Below are positions 38,001 through 49,800 of a stretch of DNA of 64,000 bases, in pieces. The stretch is from Bilabrum cf. latius (lineage: Eukaryota), in contig OZ237739.1 in NCBI GenBank assembly GCA_965178125.1, forward strand, positions 1,116,001 to 1,180,000, read 5' to 3'. The position numbers and the translations under genes were made by a program. Within the stretch, counting starts at the first letter, position 1; every line of letters begins with the position of its first letter. The notes under the pieces were generated by a model. The model did not search any database. It was not told the DNA's origin and saw only the letters and a program-made list of their open reading frames with translations.

Positions 38001-41000
38001 GGAGCGTCTACGCAGGTCCATCCGAGGCGCGGCTGCTGCCGTCGGAGAGATGACTTCAGGCTCGAACGACGACGATGGCGGCCCCTCGGACGGTGCATTC
38101 AAGGCGTCAGCATCCTCGCTCGGCCGCGTAAACCCAGATGTGGCGTCTGCGCTACAGCCTCATCTCCAGCACGCACTCAACGCATCACAGGGTCCACGCG
38201 GCGCGAGCAGCCAGAGCAATTTGCAGCCACACTCCCGTGGTGCTGGCGGCAGCGGCAGGGTCGATGGGCAGTCTGGAGGCAGAGACAGCGATCCCACAGA
38301 TAGGCAGGAGAACCTGCTGGCCCAGCTTGTGGAGCACGCGCGCGCACTGTCGACTGCAGCGCAGGCAGCCGGTCCTGCCCTGGCGGCAGCTGTGGCAGCA
38401 CTCCCTAGGGCAGCAGCCGCGGAGCGAAGGCACCGAGATGGCAGTGACGGGCTTGTTGACGCCATGCGGGAGGATGGTGACGCGCGCGAAGCGCTCCGAC
38501 AGAAAGTCCTTGAGCTCTCCAGTGACCTGGATCGAGCCAGGAGGCTCGCAGAGGAGGGTCAGGCGGCTCGAGATGGGTTCCAGGCAGCCAATGCCCGGGC
38601 GCGAGAGCTCGAGGCACAGCTGGCACCCCTGCGCTCCGCAGGCCTGACTCACGACGAGATCAGAGACCTCGCCCCTGCCATCCGCAGGCTGGCGCGAGAG
38701 CTTCGTGAGGAGCGCGCAAGGGAGTCACAGTCGCGGTCGCGCGGGCGCCGTGTCTCTCGCAATAGAGTCAAGGGCAAGGGTAAGGGCAAGGGTGCTAGGA
38801 GCACGGAGGGTGGCGCAGGTGCCGCCGAGTCAGACAGGAGCAGCACTTCCCACAAGTCTGCCAGCCACGGCGACGATAGATCCAGGGGTCACTCCACGGG
38901 CAGCGACCATCACTCCCGCGGCTCGGCTAGGAGCTCAAGCAGAAGGTCGGGCCGCAGCTCCGGCTATGTAAGAGCAGAAAGCGTCGAGCGCGACACGAAC
39001 GGGCTGGGGCTTGGAGGGCCGGGTTCCGAACCCACGCCGCTGGCTGGATTCCTAGGCCAGGTGGGCAAGGCCATCGCAAAGGCAGCCAGCGAGGCAGCCT
39101 CCAAGGCCGCCAAGGAGGCCGGCAAGGCGGCTCGTCGCAGCTTGAGCCGGGGGAGGGCCAGCAAGAAAAAGAGCAAGGCCAAGAGCAAAGGAAAGGAAAA
39201 GTCAGTGGGCAAGGGGAAAACCAAGCCGAAGATCAGCCGAAGCAAGAGTCGCCGCGGCAGGAAGGGTCCCCCTGTCTCGCGGCGACTCCCTCCTCGCTCC
39301 TCAATAAAAGGCAAGGGCAGCGCGAGCAGGAGGCCTTCAGGACCCTTGCGTTCGGCAAGCCGCGAGAGGGGTGTCACATCCAGGTACCCTCGGCGCGGGA
39401 GGTCGCCGGCGGCCAGCTCCCGGCGCAAAGGAAGCAACGGTGGCAGCTGGGGCAAGGGACGGGGCAGGCCAAGGACTTTGTCAAGGGACAGCCGCGTCTC
39501 ACTGCCTCGCGTGACCAGATCGCTGGACCGACACCCGCTGGGGGCCAGGGGCGGCGAGCGAGGCAACGGCTCTCGGCGGCGGGCCGGCAGGGCACTTTAC
39601 GGGCACTTGCCCCCGCTGCATACCGCAGATCGGGCAGTGGCGTGGGTGCTCCGCGACAGACACCCGGGTGCACCTGCAGAGGCGTACAGCCAGCGGCAGC
39701 TGGCAGACTGGCTGCGCGACATCGCGCGCACCCGTCCTGGCCCTCTGTTTTGCGTGGACGACGATCCAGCGATCGAGCCTGTCTTGCACGTGCCCGGCCA
39801 GGAGACCGAGGCCGCTGCAAGTCGCAGGGACGAAGAGCAGGAGTCCAAAGAGGACCACCCCGTCTGGCTTCCCGTTGGTCGCCCGTTAACCACGGCGCAT
39901 GCCAGGCTTGACCACGACCAAGTGAATGCGAATGTGTACGATGGGCATGCAGTTGATGGGCACGGTGTTGGTGTGCGCGATCAGGAAGCACGCGGTGCCT
40001 GGCAAGGCGGTCGCACCCACAGACAGTCCGTCCGGTCTCCTGCAAGACGAGGAGCACCCGTCAAGTGGACCCCGGATAGGCACACGGGCCTAGCTCGCAC
40101 GGCAGCTGCCACAGCAAGCCCAGCACGGTCACCCGCGGACCCAAGGCTGGATGAATGGACACCAGGAGGCACCAAGCGGTGGCCACCACCGGCATGGCCA
40201 CCGGCGCCGGGTGCTGTGTCCAGCGCTCGCGCAAGCCCTGCCCGCCCGCGTGCGGCTGCTGGCAGAAGCAGGCAAGGCCGGCGCTTCAGCGCTCCCTCGG
40301 CGGGTCCTGAGTGGGAATCAATGCATCGCACTGCAAGACTCAAGCAGTCCGAGACGTACATGTCCGCGCGAGGTGGTGATCGGACTGCCGAACCTGTTGC
40401 CGAGTTGTTTGGTGCTGACTCTGCAGACATGACGAGTGGCAGCGGCAGCAAAAGCGGTGGCAGTATCGTTGACGTTGACCCTGCTGCAGTCGAGGTGGTG
40501 GGCCGGCTGAGAGGGAGGAAGCTGGCCAGCCCGCCCACTCGGAGGAATCGTAGCCCTGGAAATGGCGGGCAAGATGAGGATGGTGATGATGCCAACCAAG
40601 ATTTAGCTATATCATTCCGCGGCTGGGAGGCATCTCTAGAGGAGCCGTCCTCGGATGAATCAGGCATCCGGCTGGATGACTCGGCGGGGGCCGCTGCAGC
40701 TGCTGCCTTGCGACGGGCTGGCGGTGAACCCCACAGGGAGATCCATGGTACTGGTCCTGCAGGTAAAAACGAAGAGCCGACAGGCTCTGGTGCTCGAGCG
40801 GCCAATAAAAGCAGGGCCAGCAAGCAAGCGAAGGGAAGCAAGGGAGCTCGAAGGAGTGGGTCCAGGTCCAGGGGCAGGTCCAGGGGCAGACGAGAGGATA
40901 GCAACCACAGCAAAGGCGTGGCAGCTCGCAGGAATGGAGGTCACAACCGTGGCGGGCAGTTGCCGGCCAGACGATTGGAGCCCTACGCCGAGGATGCTGT

Positions 41001-41514
41001 GCAGCTGCCCCTGCCCGAGGACTGGGAGGGTCCGGGCAGCGAGCTTCTTGAGGACCTGTCGCAGAGATGGGACGTGGCTGGTGGTACGCCCAGCAGAGGA
41101 AATCCGAGGCGCGGTGCCAGCGAAAGCAAAGCAGAGGAAGGACAGGCAGTTGCAGCTACGTTGGACCAGCGGTAGTCTAGGCGATCGCAAGCCAGGGCAC
41201 CGGCTCCAGATGGCAGCTCCATCGCGATGTCTCTGTCTCCTGAATCGGACAGTGTGCAGGAAAATGAGCCCGGGCTTGGTTCTGGGGCATTGCTCGGTCA
41301 GGAAGGGCGCACTGCACGGAGGGTCATCAGGGGGAGGGGTTCGCGGGCGGGGGCAGCGCAGCCAGGGAGGGGCCGGGGGGTTGGCTTGGAGGCTATGTCG
41401 GGGGTCCGCGCGGCCCGTCCGTCTGTGCAGGTGCCTGCGGGGCAGGACTTGACAGAGATGGCGTCCAGCGTGCTGGATACGCTTGGATTGCTTGAGGGGG
41501 ATGAGACCGAGTGA
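32038..41514 (+). CDS. Giant intronless protein (about 3158 aa): Gly/Ala-rich N-terminus, long central coiled coil and an R/S/K-rich disordered C-terminal third
   Basis: Track ORFs starting at 32203, 32590, 33595, 34096, 35179, 35902, 36511, 36790, 37078, 37489 and 41227 all share one frame and are interrupted only by TAG, often in Q/E-rich context (QQQHDDF[TAG]EQLKQQ). Ends in TGA. Confidence 0.8.
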
Positions 41515-41714
41515 ATCGTCGCAGGCATCTCGAATTGTGCCCCACCTGCCAACTGATGCAGTCCACCGGAATTATTGTGATGATACACAATGGAAGATTT
41601 TGCTCATGTTGCAACAGATGGTACTTCAACGGTCCCACCGCGATTGAGTCCTCGCTATCGTAACGTAGGTACTGACCTCAGCGATCTAGACCATGCAACC
41701 TACATCCTTGCGGT

Positions 41715-42656
41715 TCACTTGTCCTGCATCAGCTTGCTCACAACGTCCCTCCAGTCGCTGACGAACCAGTCGGCGTGCCTCTCGACCTTATCTCTCACGG
41801 CGATCCCGCCGTATCCAATGAAGCAGTGGGCAGGCGGTCGCGCCTCCAGGTCAGTGGCACCGTCCCCAACCATGACCATGCACTTGTACCCGTGCATGCG
41901 CTGCTGCTCCGACAGGACCTTCGCCTTGCCGCCACTCCTCGATGTGGGGGCCTCCTCCCTGAACCCGTCATACTCACCCGAGGGCTTGAACAGGATCCTG
42001 TTTGCAAACACCCTGTCTCGCGGTATGCTGAGCGAGTCCGCCACCGGGTATATCATCTGCTCGAAGCCCCCAGAGACGAGGTACACGTGAGTGCCCCGCC
42101 CGTGCAGCAGGTCCACGAGGTCCCGCATGCCAGGGGTCAAACTTAGCGGGTCTTGCTGCATGAGGCCATCCACCGCCTGCTTTGTGGGCTGCATTAGGCC
42201 AAGCCTGGCGCTGAGAGCATCCCGAAAGTCTGCGTCGCCCTTCATGGCTCTGCGAGGGTGATAGACGGAAACGAGCCGTCTTGCCAATTGAGCTGTGCAC
42301 AGCAATGCTTGGGCAAGGAACTTTTTGGTCATACAGAACGTATTTCCTTCGCGTGTTCATGAGGCTCACCCGGCGGTCAGTGCAGCTACGGCATCTCCAA
42401 CACCGAGGTGCGCCGCTAACACATCGATCCCCTCTCCATCAAGCACTGTGCTGTCAACATCAAAGAATACGGCATCAGCCCTACTTAAGCACTACAAAGC
42501 ATCGATCGGTTGCATCGTCGGCCCGACCGCAGCGCTGCTAGACATCGCCGCCGCTCCAGTAGCCAGTATCCTCTGCATTCGTCCAAACGCAGATATTCGT
42601 TTCATTGAAGCAATACCAACAGCCCTAGGCGCACAACTATAGGAAATTCTATTCAT
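41715..42656 (-). CDS. PSPH: Phosphoserine phosphatase (HAD superfamily) with an N-terminal extension that may be an organellar targeting peptide
   Basis: Exon 1 (42656-42370) reads ...DAL[TAG 42492]CLSRADAVFFDVDSTVLDGEGIDVLA (DxDST motif). GT-AG intron 42369-42250. Exon 2 has AMKGD, LVSGGF, FANRI, SGGKAKV and MVGDGATDLEA. Ends in TGA. Confidence 0.93.
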
Positions 42657-42846
42657 GTTGACAGAGAAATCGAGGCCACTCCTGTACTGTTCCAGCCTAA
42701 TTTGGCATTGAAAACAAATCTCGCTAAAGGTTTATACTCCGAATTGATGTTTTGGTGTGACGAGTACGGACCTTCCGCGGATCTAGATGGTGATAAGTCG
42801 TGATTTCACGCTAAAAAATCGGCACTGGATTCCTTGTAGTGCCGCA

Positions 42847-45800
42847 ATGTCGTTGCTATCAGATGCATCGATCCAGTAGCGCCCAACCTGTCTCCGTATG
42901 GTCGGAGTTAGGCCGGGGCAAGAGCCACAGCTGGTGCCTCTTCTCGGGATGCAAGTCAAGGTAGACCTTCAGATTGCCGTCGGGTGAGAAAATTTTTGGG
43001 CAATTAATAAGTTGACTAGTTTGATACTAGTTTTGCGGCTTCGGTGGGTCGTCATGAAGTAGAGTCAGGGCATTTCCTGAGGTTGCTTGGGTGGATTCGT
43101 TTAGCTTGCACGTGCCACCCTGCCGCCAGCGATGACTGGGACTGCTGGGAGGTAGCATCTCGCTCACAACTGAATAATGCTTTGCACAGCATTACGTTGA
43201 CTCTATCAAGGCTGTTCACGGCCGACATGGTTTGCCCAAGGTTGTGGCTGGCATACTGACAAGCGCTCTGCTCAGGTTCCGTTGCACACGATTAACCTTC
43301 TGCGGCCTGGAATTGTACGGAAACGATGCATTGCGCGTCAGAGTGACATAGCTCGTGTCTCTCAACCCTATTTGTCGATCCAACCGTGTCGTGCTTCCAC
43401 CATCCGTCCCATTCTCGTCCGGTCCGAGCAGGCTTGTCAACATCCGAGCGCGCTTTGCGAACCCGCTGTCATCCCCCATCGACGTCGTGATTGAAGTACC
43501 CACACAGGAGCGCAACACCACGATCTCGAGCGCCACCGCCTACCTCGCTGATGGTCGCGCCGTGGACACTCAGGTCGTGGACACGAGCGAAGCCGCCCAG
43601 CATGCGCCCAACGAGGACATGATCCGCACAGCCAAGGAATTCAGCCCGGATCAAGCCACCGCGTACAACCCCAATTCCTTCCGGCTGCCTGTGGCAGGCG
43701 TGCCTGCCGAGTCAGAGGTAGCCGTTGACGTCAGCTACTTCCAGACGCTCGATTTCGACAATGGCGAGTACAAGATCGTCGTGCCGACCCAGCTGCCGCA
43801 CGCCTACATGCCAGCATCCGGAAACGCCATGGAGGTGCTCCGTGTGGACGCCGCCGTGAACGCAGGCACCTCAGAGGCCTCTTGGGGCTGCGCCTCGCAC
43901 CCGATGCAAACCAAGGCAGGGCCGCCCCCCGCGCCCGTGGGCACGTTCGTCAAGCCCGCCTACACCACCACAGTGCAGCTGAACGGACAAACGGTGACGG
44001 TGCAGATCCCCGAGGAGACCTTCAGGCATGCCGCGGCCGAGAAACGAATGGACGTGGGTGTGCCTGGGTTTATCGGAGGGGGCGGCGGAGACGCTGGTGC
44101 TGCACCGCAAGGCGCTGCAGGCTCGCCCTCGGCGCACCCTGGATTCGGCGGGGGCGCGCCTGCTCCTGCCCCCGCCCCATCTGCCCCTTCTCCCGCGGTG
44201 CAGCGGCAGCAGCAGCTGGCCCAGGAACTGGCGATGCAGGGCAAGGCCGGCCCGGTGCGGTTCGAGCTGGAGCCCAGCCTCGGCCGGCAGTGGGCGAACC
44301 AAGACTTCGTGCTGTCGTACAAGGCCTGGTCCCGTGACATTCTGTGCAACGCCGTACTGGAGCCTGACAGGGATGAGCGAGGCATGGCCAAGAAAGAAGA
44401 CGGGTCCTTCGTTATGTTCATCGCACCTCCTGCTACGGGCTCGGGCGAGACGGCACCTCGAGACGTCGTCTTCTTGATCGACAACTCGTATAGCATGCAT
44501 GGGTCTGCCATGCGACTGGCCAAACAGGCCCTGCAAGAGTGCCTGAAGCTGCTGGCCCCAACCGACAGGTTTTCCATTGGAGTTTTCAACCATCGCATGC
44601 AGTGGTGGAACGGATCGCAGACGCGGTACAACAAGGCTTGGGATGAGGCGAAATCGGGCCAAGAAGGGGGCGAAGGCAAGTTTTTCGGCGCTGACAAACG
44701 AAGTGCCGCGCACCAGTTCGTGGGCTCGATCGAGACGAACGGCGGCACCAACATCATGAGGCCGATGATGTCCGCGCTCGACATGCAGCAAAAGGTGCAG
44801 GGGTATGTCTAGGGCCGAGCAGACGCCCAGCAGCGCGTACCAGTAGTGTTCTTGATCACGGACGGTGCGGTGGGAAACGACAAGCAGATTTGCAGCCGGG
44901 TCAAGGATAGGAACGACGAGGCGAGGATGAACGGGCAACAGCTCACGAGGGTGTTCACCTTCGGGCTGGGCGCGTTCGTCAACGACCATTTTCTGACCTC
45001 ACTCGCGCAGCTCTCCAGGGGCAAAGCTGAGTTCGCGCTGCAAGAGGAAAGCATCGAGCCGAGCATCGTGCGGCTGATGAAGGCATCGAGTGACCCCGCT
45101 CTTCTCAACATCATGTTCAAGATGCCCAGCAGCATTCGGGAGATCGAATTCTACCCGTACCCCATCCCTGATCTCTACCGAGGGCAGCCCGTCGTCGTGT
45201 CGGGGCGGTACACGGGCCCCCATCCGCACGAAATCAAGGTTCGTGGCACCCTGCCTAGCGGTGGAATCAAGGATATCATCGTGCAGCCCGTGTTCTCTCA
45301 GTCGGTTCCCGTGCGTCGCATGTTTGCCAAGGCGCAGCTGGACCTGCTGATGGCATCCCACTGGCTCATGCCCGGTGGCAGCATAGCGGCCGAGGACCAG
45401 CGCAAGAAGATCGTTTCAGTGAGCAAGAGGCACGAAGTGCCGTGCCCGTACACCACCATGATTGGATACACTGGGAAGACAGGTGATATATACGGCAAGA
45501 GACAGGCGCAGTACCACTCAAACTTCGGGGGCTGGGGGCGTGGCTCAAGCGGTGGCGGCAGCAGCGGGGGAGGGGCAGCCGCTGCGGCCGCGTCTGCTGG
45601 AAGACACGGAGGCAGCGGCGGCGGCCCTTCCGGTGGTTTCAGCGGTGGCGGCGCGGGCGGTTACGCGGCATCTGGCGGGGCCGCGGGCGGAGGCCAGACA
45701 CCGGGCTTCGGCTCCGACGACGGCTGGGGCAGCGTGCCCGGCGCCGGCAAGACCAAGAACTCTGCCTTGCCCAAGCCAGGCTTTGGGGGGACTACGGGCA

Positions 45801-46723
45801 CCACGGCGGGTCTCGGAAAGAGCTCCACAGCCACCGACCCCGCGAATCAGTGGACCGCTGGGAAGACTGCTGCGGTGGCGGGTGGCGTCGTCGCTCTCGG
45901 GGCTACCATCGGGGCGGGAGTGGCTCTGGGGAGCTACGTGGCTGCAGGTGGAACCGCCTCTGGGCTGGTGGGAGGGGCCATCAGCGGGGGCGGGAGTGCG
46001 CTCAGCAGCCTGGGTCAAGCTGCGTCTGGGGGAGTTAACGCGATATTCGGCGGGATCAACTGCGACTGCTTTGGCGTGGACTGCGGTCCCTGCGGCGGCC
46101 TGCCCGGGTGTCTCGACGGACTGCTGGGCGACTTTGGCCACTGCGCGGGGGGCTGCCTGTCGTGCCCCGGCGACTGCATAGGTAAGGTGGGCGAGGGCCT
46201 GGGCGACTGCTGCAAGGACGGTGGAGGCTTCATTCAGGGCGCAGGGTCCATATGCCACGGCGTGGGAGAGTCTTTGGGGACCTGCTTCTCGGGTGCAACG
46301 GACTGTGCGGGGAATGCCTGTGGCAGTATCGGTGCCGTGCTGGCGAACTGCGCGGGGCGAGCAGGTGACTGTTCCCTGGGCGGTGCGTGCAACGGTGAGT
46401 GCATCGGCGGGTGCGTGAACAGCATGCAGAACTGCGTGGGGGGGCTGGGGGGCGCCATCGGTGGCTTGTGCAATGGTGGGTGCGCACCTCTCTCCGGGCT
46501 GGGCGATTGCCTGGGCGGGTGCTGTGGGAGCGTTGTCGGCGTCGCAGGGGAAGGGCTTAAGGCACTTCCTGGCCTGTGCAGTGGGCTGGGAGGGTGCGTG
46601 TCCGGTGTGTGCTCTGGCGCTGGCGGTTGCGTGGGCATGCTAGGTGAGGTCGCGAAGGACATCGGTCCATGCCTCGGCAGCGTTTGCGATGTGCTTGGGG
46701 GCCTTCTTGGAGCACTACGCTGA
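42847..46723 (+). CDS. VIT + von Willebrand A domain protein (VWA5/ITIH-like) with a Gly-rich linker, a hydrophobic segment and a Cys/Gly-rich tail
   Basis: Exon 1 (42847-42983, LVPLLGMQVKVDLQIAVG) splices across intron 42984-43431 to LVNIRARFANP (VIT). MIDAS elements DVVFLIDNSYSM, GGTNI, FLITDG and RVFTFGLG. TAG 44810 lies inside the vWA fold. Ends in TGA. Confidence 0.85.
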
Positions 46724-46867
46724 GTTCATCAGCAGAGACCTACTGCATGTGTCTTGATTTATGGCATTTTATCGCCAGTAGCGAACTGATTTGCTCGACC
46801 GGTTGCAACCAATCGAGTTTGCCGTCCGTTGATCTGGTCCTGTTTAACTCGTGTTTGGCCTGCAGGG

Positions 46868-49800
46868 ATGAGCACGGCGGCCGAATAGCTCATAGAATTT
46901 GGTGAATTGTCTGGGCTTCGACCATCAAGGGGTACTGCGAAGGCATGGCAAGGTTTAGCTGACAAAGTTGACGAGTCGCAACGAACGGCAGCGCTGCCAG
47001 GCTGCTTGTGGGCACTTGCAACCATGCGGTAAGGGTTTCTGTATTGGTGTGGATAGCATAACCGCTTACTCAATTGTACTAGCAGTCTTCATTGAATGAA
47101 TGAACCACCTCGCAGGGCTGGGAGCGCAGACGAAGGCCGCGCTGTCCTGAAAGCCCTAAAGGCTGCACCAGCTACCAAATCAGATCCGCTAGTATGGGTA
47201 TCACTAGCACTACTCGAAGCAGAACAAGGTAAGTACTATTTGTAAGTGATTTTGGAGCCAGCAATTCATGTTTGATGGATATCCAGAGTCTGAGCGCTGC
47301 TGTTTTCTGCGCGCAGGAAAAACATCTTCGGCGCGCATGACCATGCGTCTCGCCAAGATGGGCTGTCCTGAAGCATTGAAGCCGTTGACACTTCTAGAGG
47401 ATGCGATTCGCAGCGGTTGTGGGCTCGGCTCCTTTAACCCATTCGATGTTTGCAAGGGGGATGCCGCACCAGCAGATGCAGCCGGCGCAGCCAAGGCCGC
47501 ATCACACCCGAAGAAAATCGCAGCCATGATGTCCGAGTCTTTAGAAGCTGCCGCCGCTCGTAGAAAACGCACTGGTGGCTCCGCCCGGCTGGGCCTTCCC
47601 CAGCGGGTGCCTGCGTCCCAAGCGAGCACCGATGCGGAAGACGAGCAGCAGACCGGCGAGCAACCCGGAGCAGGAGCAGGAGCTAGCGTAACCAAGATGC
47701 CTAGGCGGCCCGCTGGCGTAAGCACCCTGTCTCCTGTGTAGGAGCAGGGTATGGGCGGGCGCAGGAGCAGCGGAGCCTCTGCCGCTGGGACCAGCTAGCG
47801 GGTAGGTGCCAGACCTGCTGCAGCGGGCGCTGCTGCAGCCAAAGGCAAGGCCAAGTCGGTAGGATTTGCGCTCCCTGACTACATCAAGGAATTTGCGCCT
47901 CGCAAGAAGGCATCAAAATCGTCGAGGTCGTCTTCGTCCTCCTCTGCCTCGTCGTCTGCCATTCGCACAAGCACTGGCTCGGCTGCAGCGGAGCCCCAGG
48001 CGGGAGCACGCAGAAAGGCATCGAGCGCTAGCGTACCAAATCAGGAGCGCCCAGATGGGCAGATAGAGTCGTTTGAGCGCAGATAGTCGAGCCAGTCGCA
48101 GCAGGCCGGCGCAGCAAGCGCCAGGGCGCCGAGCTCCAGCCACCGCAATGAGAGCGCAATCACGCCGGGTCCGGCCCACGGATCCCGCTAGGCAGCGTCC
48201 CAGCCCTCGCCCGATACGATCGGACTGCCCGTTGTGACACCAGCGGCGCGACGGCACTCGGGCGCCGGTCGGCGGCAGGGCGCCAGCATGCCAAGAGGGG
48301 GCGGCGGCGGTCCGGGCCGCGGCACGCAGGAGGACGATGGAGATGATCTCGACCTGGCCAGCCCGGAACCTTTCATGCCACGATCTACTGCTCTGCTCGG
48401 CGGAGAGTGGACCTCGAGCTCACCCGACAAAGAAGAGCTGCCAGCCAGCAGCAGCAGCAAGGCGAAGCCAAGCGATGCCGCATCCAAGTCTGATTTGAAC
48501 GGGGCTGGGAGCAGCCGGAAAAGGCCTAGAAGCGCCACGAAGATTAGCAAAAGCAGCAGCGTAAGTAAGCTTGCTACCGATTAGCCCGCGACTGAGTTAG
48601 CGGCTGAGTCAGCATCTGATGGCAAGCCACCTGAGTCGGCTGCGAAGCGCAGACGCACCGAGAGTGGGAAGGCAGAAGCTTCGTTCGAGCCGAGCTCCAG
48701 CTCCAGCGGCAGCCAGGTCAAGATGAGCGATGTCGACAATGTCGAAGGCGGAGATGATGACGAGGATGAAGATATCGAATTCAACCCTGGACGAGGCAAC
48801 AGGCGAAGCCGAAGCCGCAGTCGCAGCCGGAGTCGTCGGCGCCGTGGCGGAAACAATAGCAGCAGCGGGCTGGCGGCCGGAGCCGGCGTCGAGAATGAGG
48901 ACGGCAGAAAGGGCGCGAGGCAGGCCATCGGAGCCGTTCCTGCGTCGAGTGCAGCGAGGCCTAAAAAAGCTGCGTCGCCTTCGTCGCCGACCGCAGATAT
49001 AAGAGCTGCGTCACCGCCCAGCAGGCGCCGCTCTGGTTCCAGTGCGCCGGGAGCAGTCGATGAAAGCGAGAAGAGAAAAGAAGCCGGCGACTTGGGCGAT
49101 CGAGCCAGCCCCGAATCTCCTACCATCGTGTTCAACAAGAAAAGGAAAGGCGGCGGCAGGGGCAGGCAGACCTCCAGACGGAGGGAAGACCACAGTGACG
49201 GCGAGCGGCCCCATGCATCCTCGGCCGAGCGACCGGGTAGGGCGACCAGCTCCGCAGCTGCTTCTGAAGATCCTGAGACGGCAAGCCATGCTGTGCAGAG
49301 AAAGACATCGGGAAGGTCGGGCGGCAGCCGCTCCGGCGACCGCAAGGTATCGCCATCGGAGGATTCCGGGCCCGTGTCAGTCCTCTTTGGCGGTGCGTCC
49401 GGCAGCCGCTCCGTAATCAAGGTAAACGGAAACCCCTACCTCAGGCTAGACGTGGTGGGCAAAGGCGGCTCCAGCAAGGTCTTCAGGGTGCTCGGGAAAG
49501 ACCTAGGCGTGTACGCCCTCAAGAGGATCCGCCTGTCGAGGATGGACCGGGCCTCGCTCGCCAGCTACACGAACGAGATAGCGCTGCTTCGAAGGCTGCG
49601 GCACGGTCGACACATCGTGCAGCTGCGGGAGGCCCAGGTGGACATCGGGAGCAAGACCATCTACGTGGTGATGGAGCTGGGCGAGACCGACCTTCACGGG
49701 CTGCTGAAGCGAGAGAGGTCGGCGGCCAAGGAGCGCGAGGATGAGCTGGACAAGCTGCGGGCCGGTGCTGCCGGCAAGAGGGGCCGCAGGGGTGCGGGGC

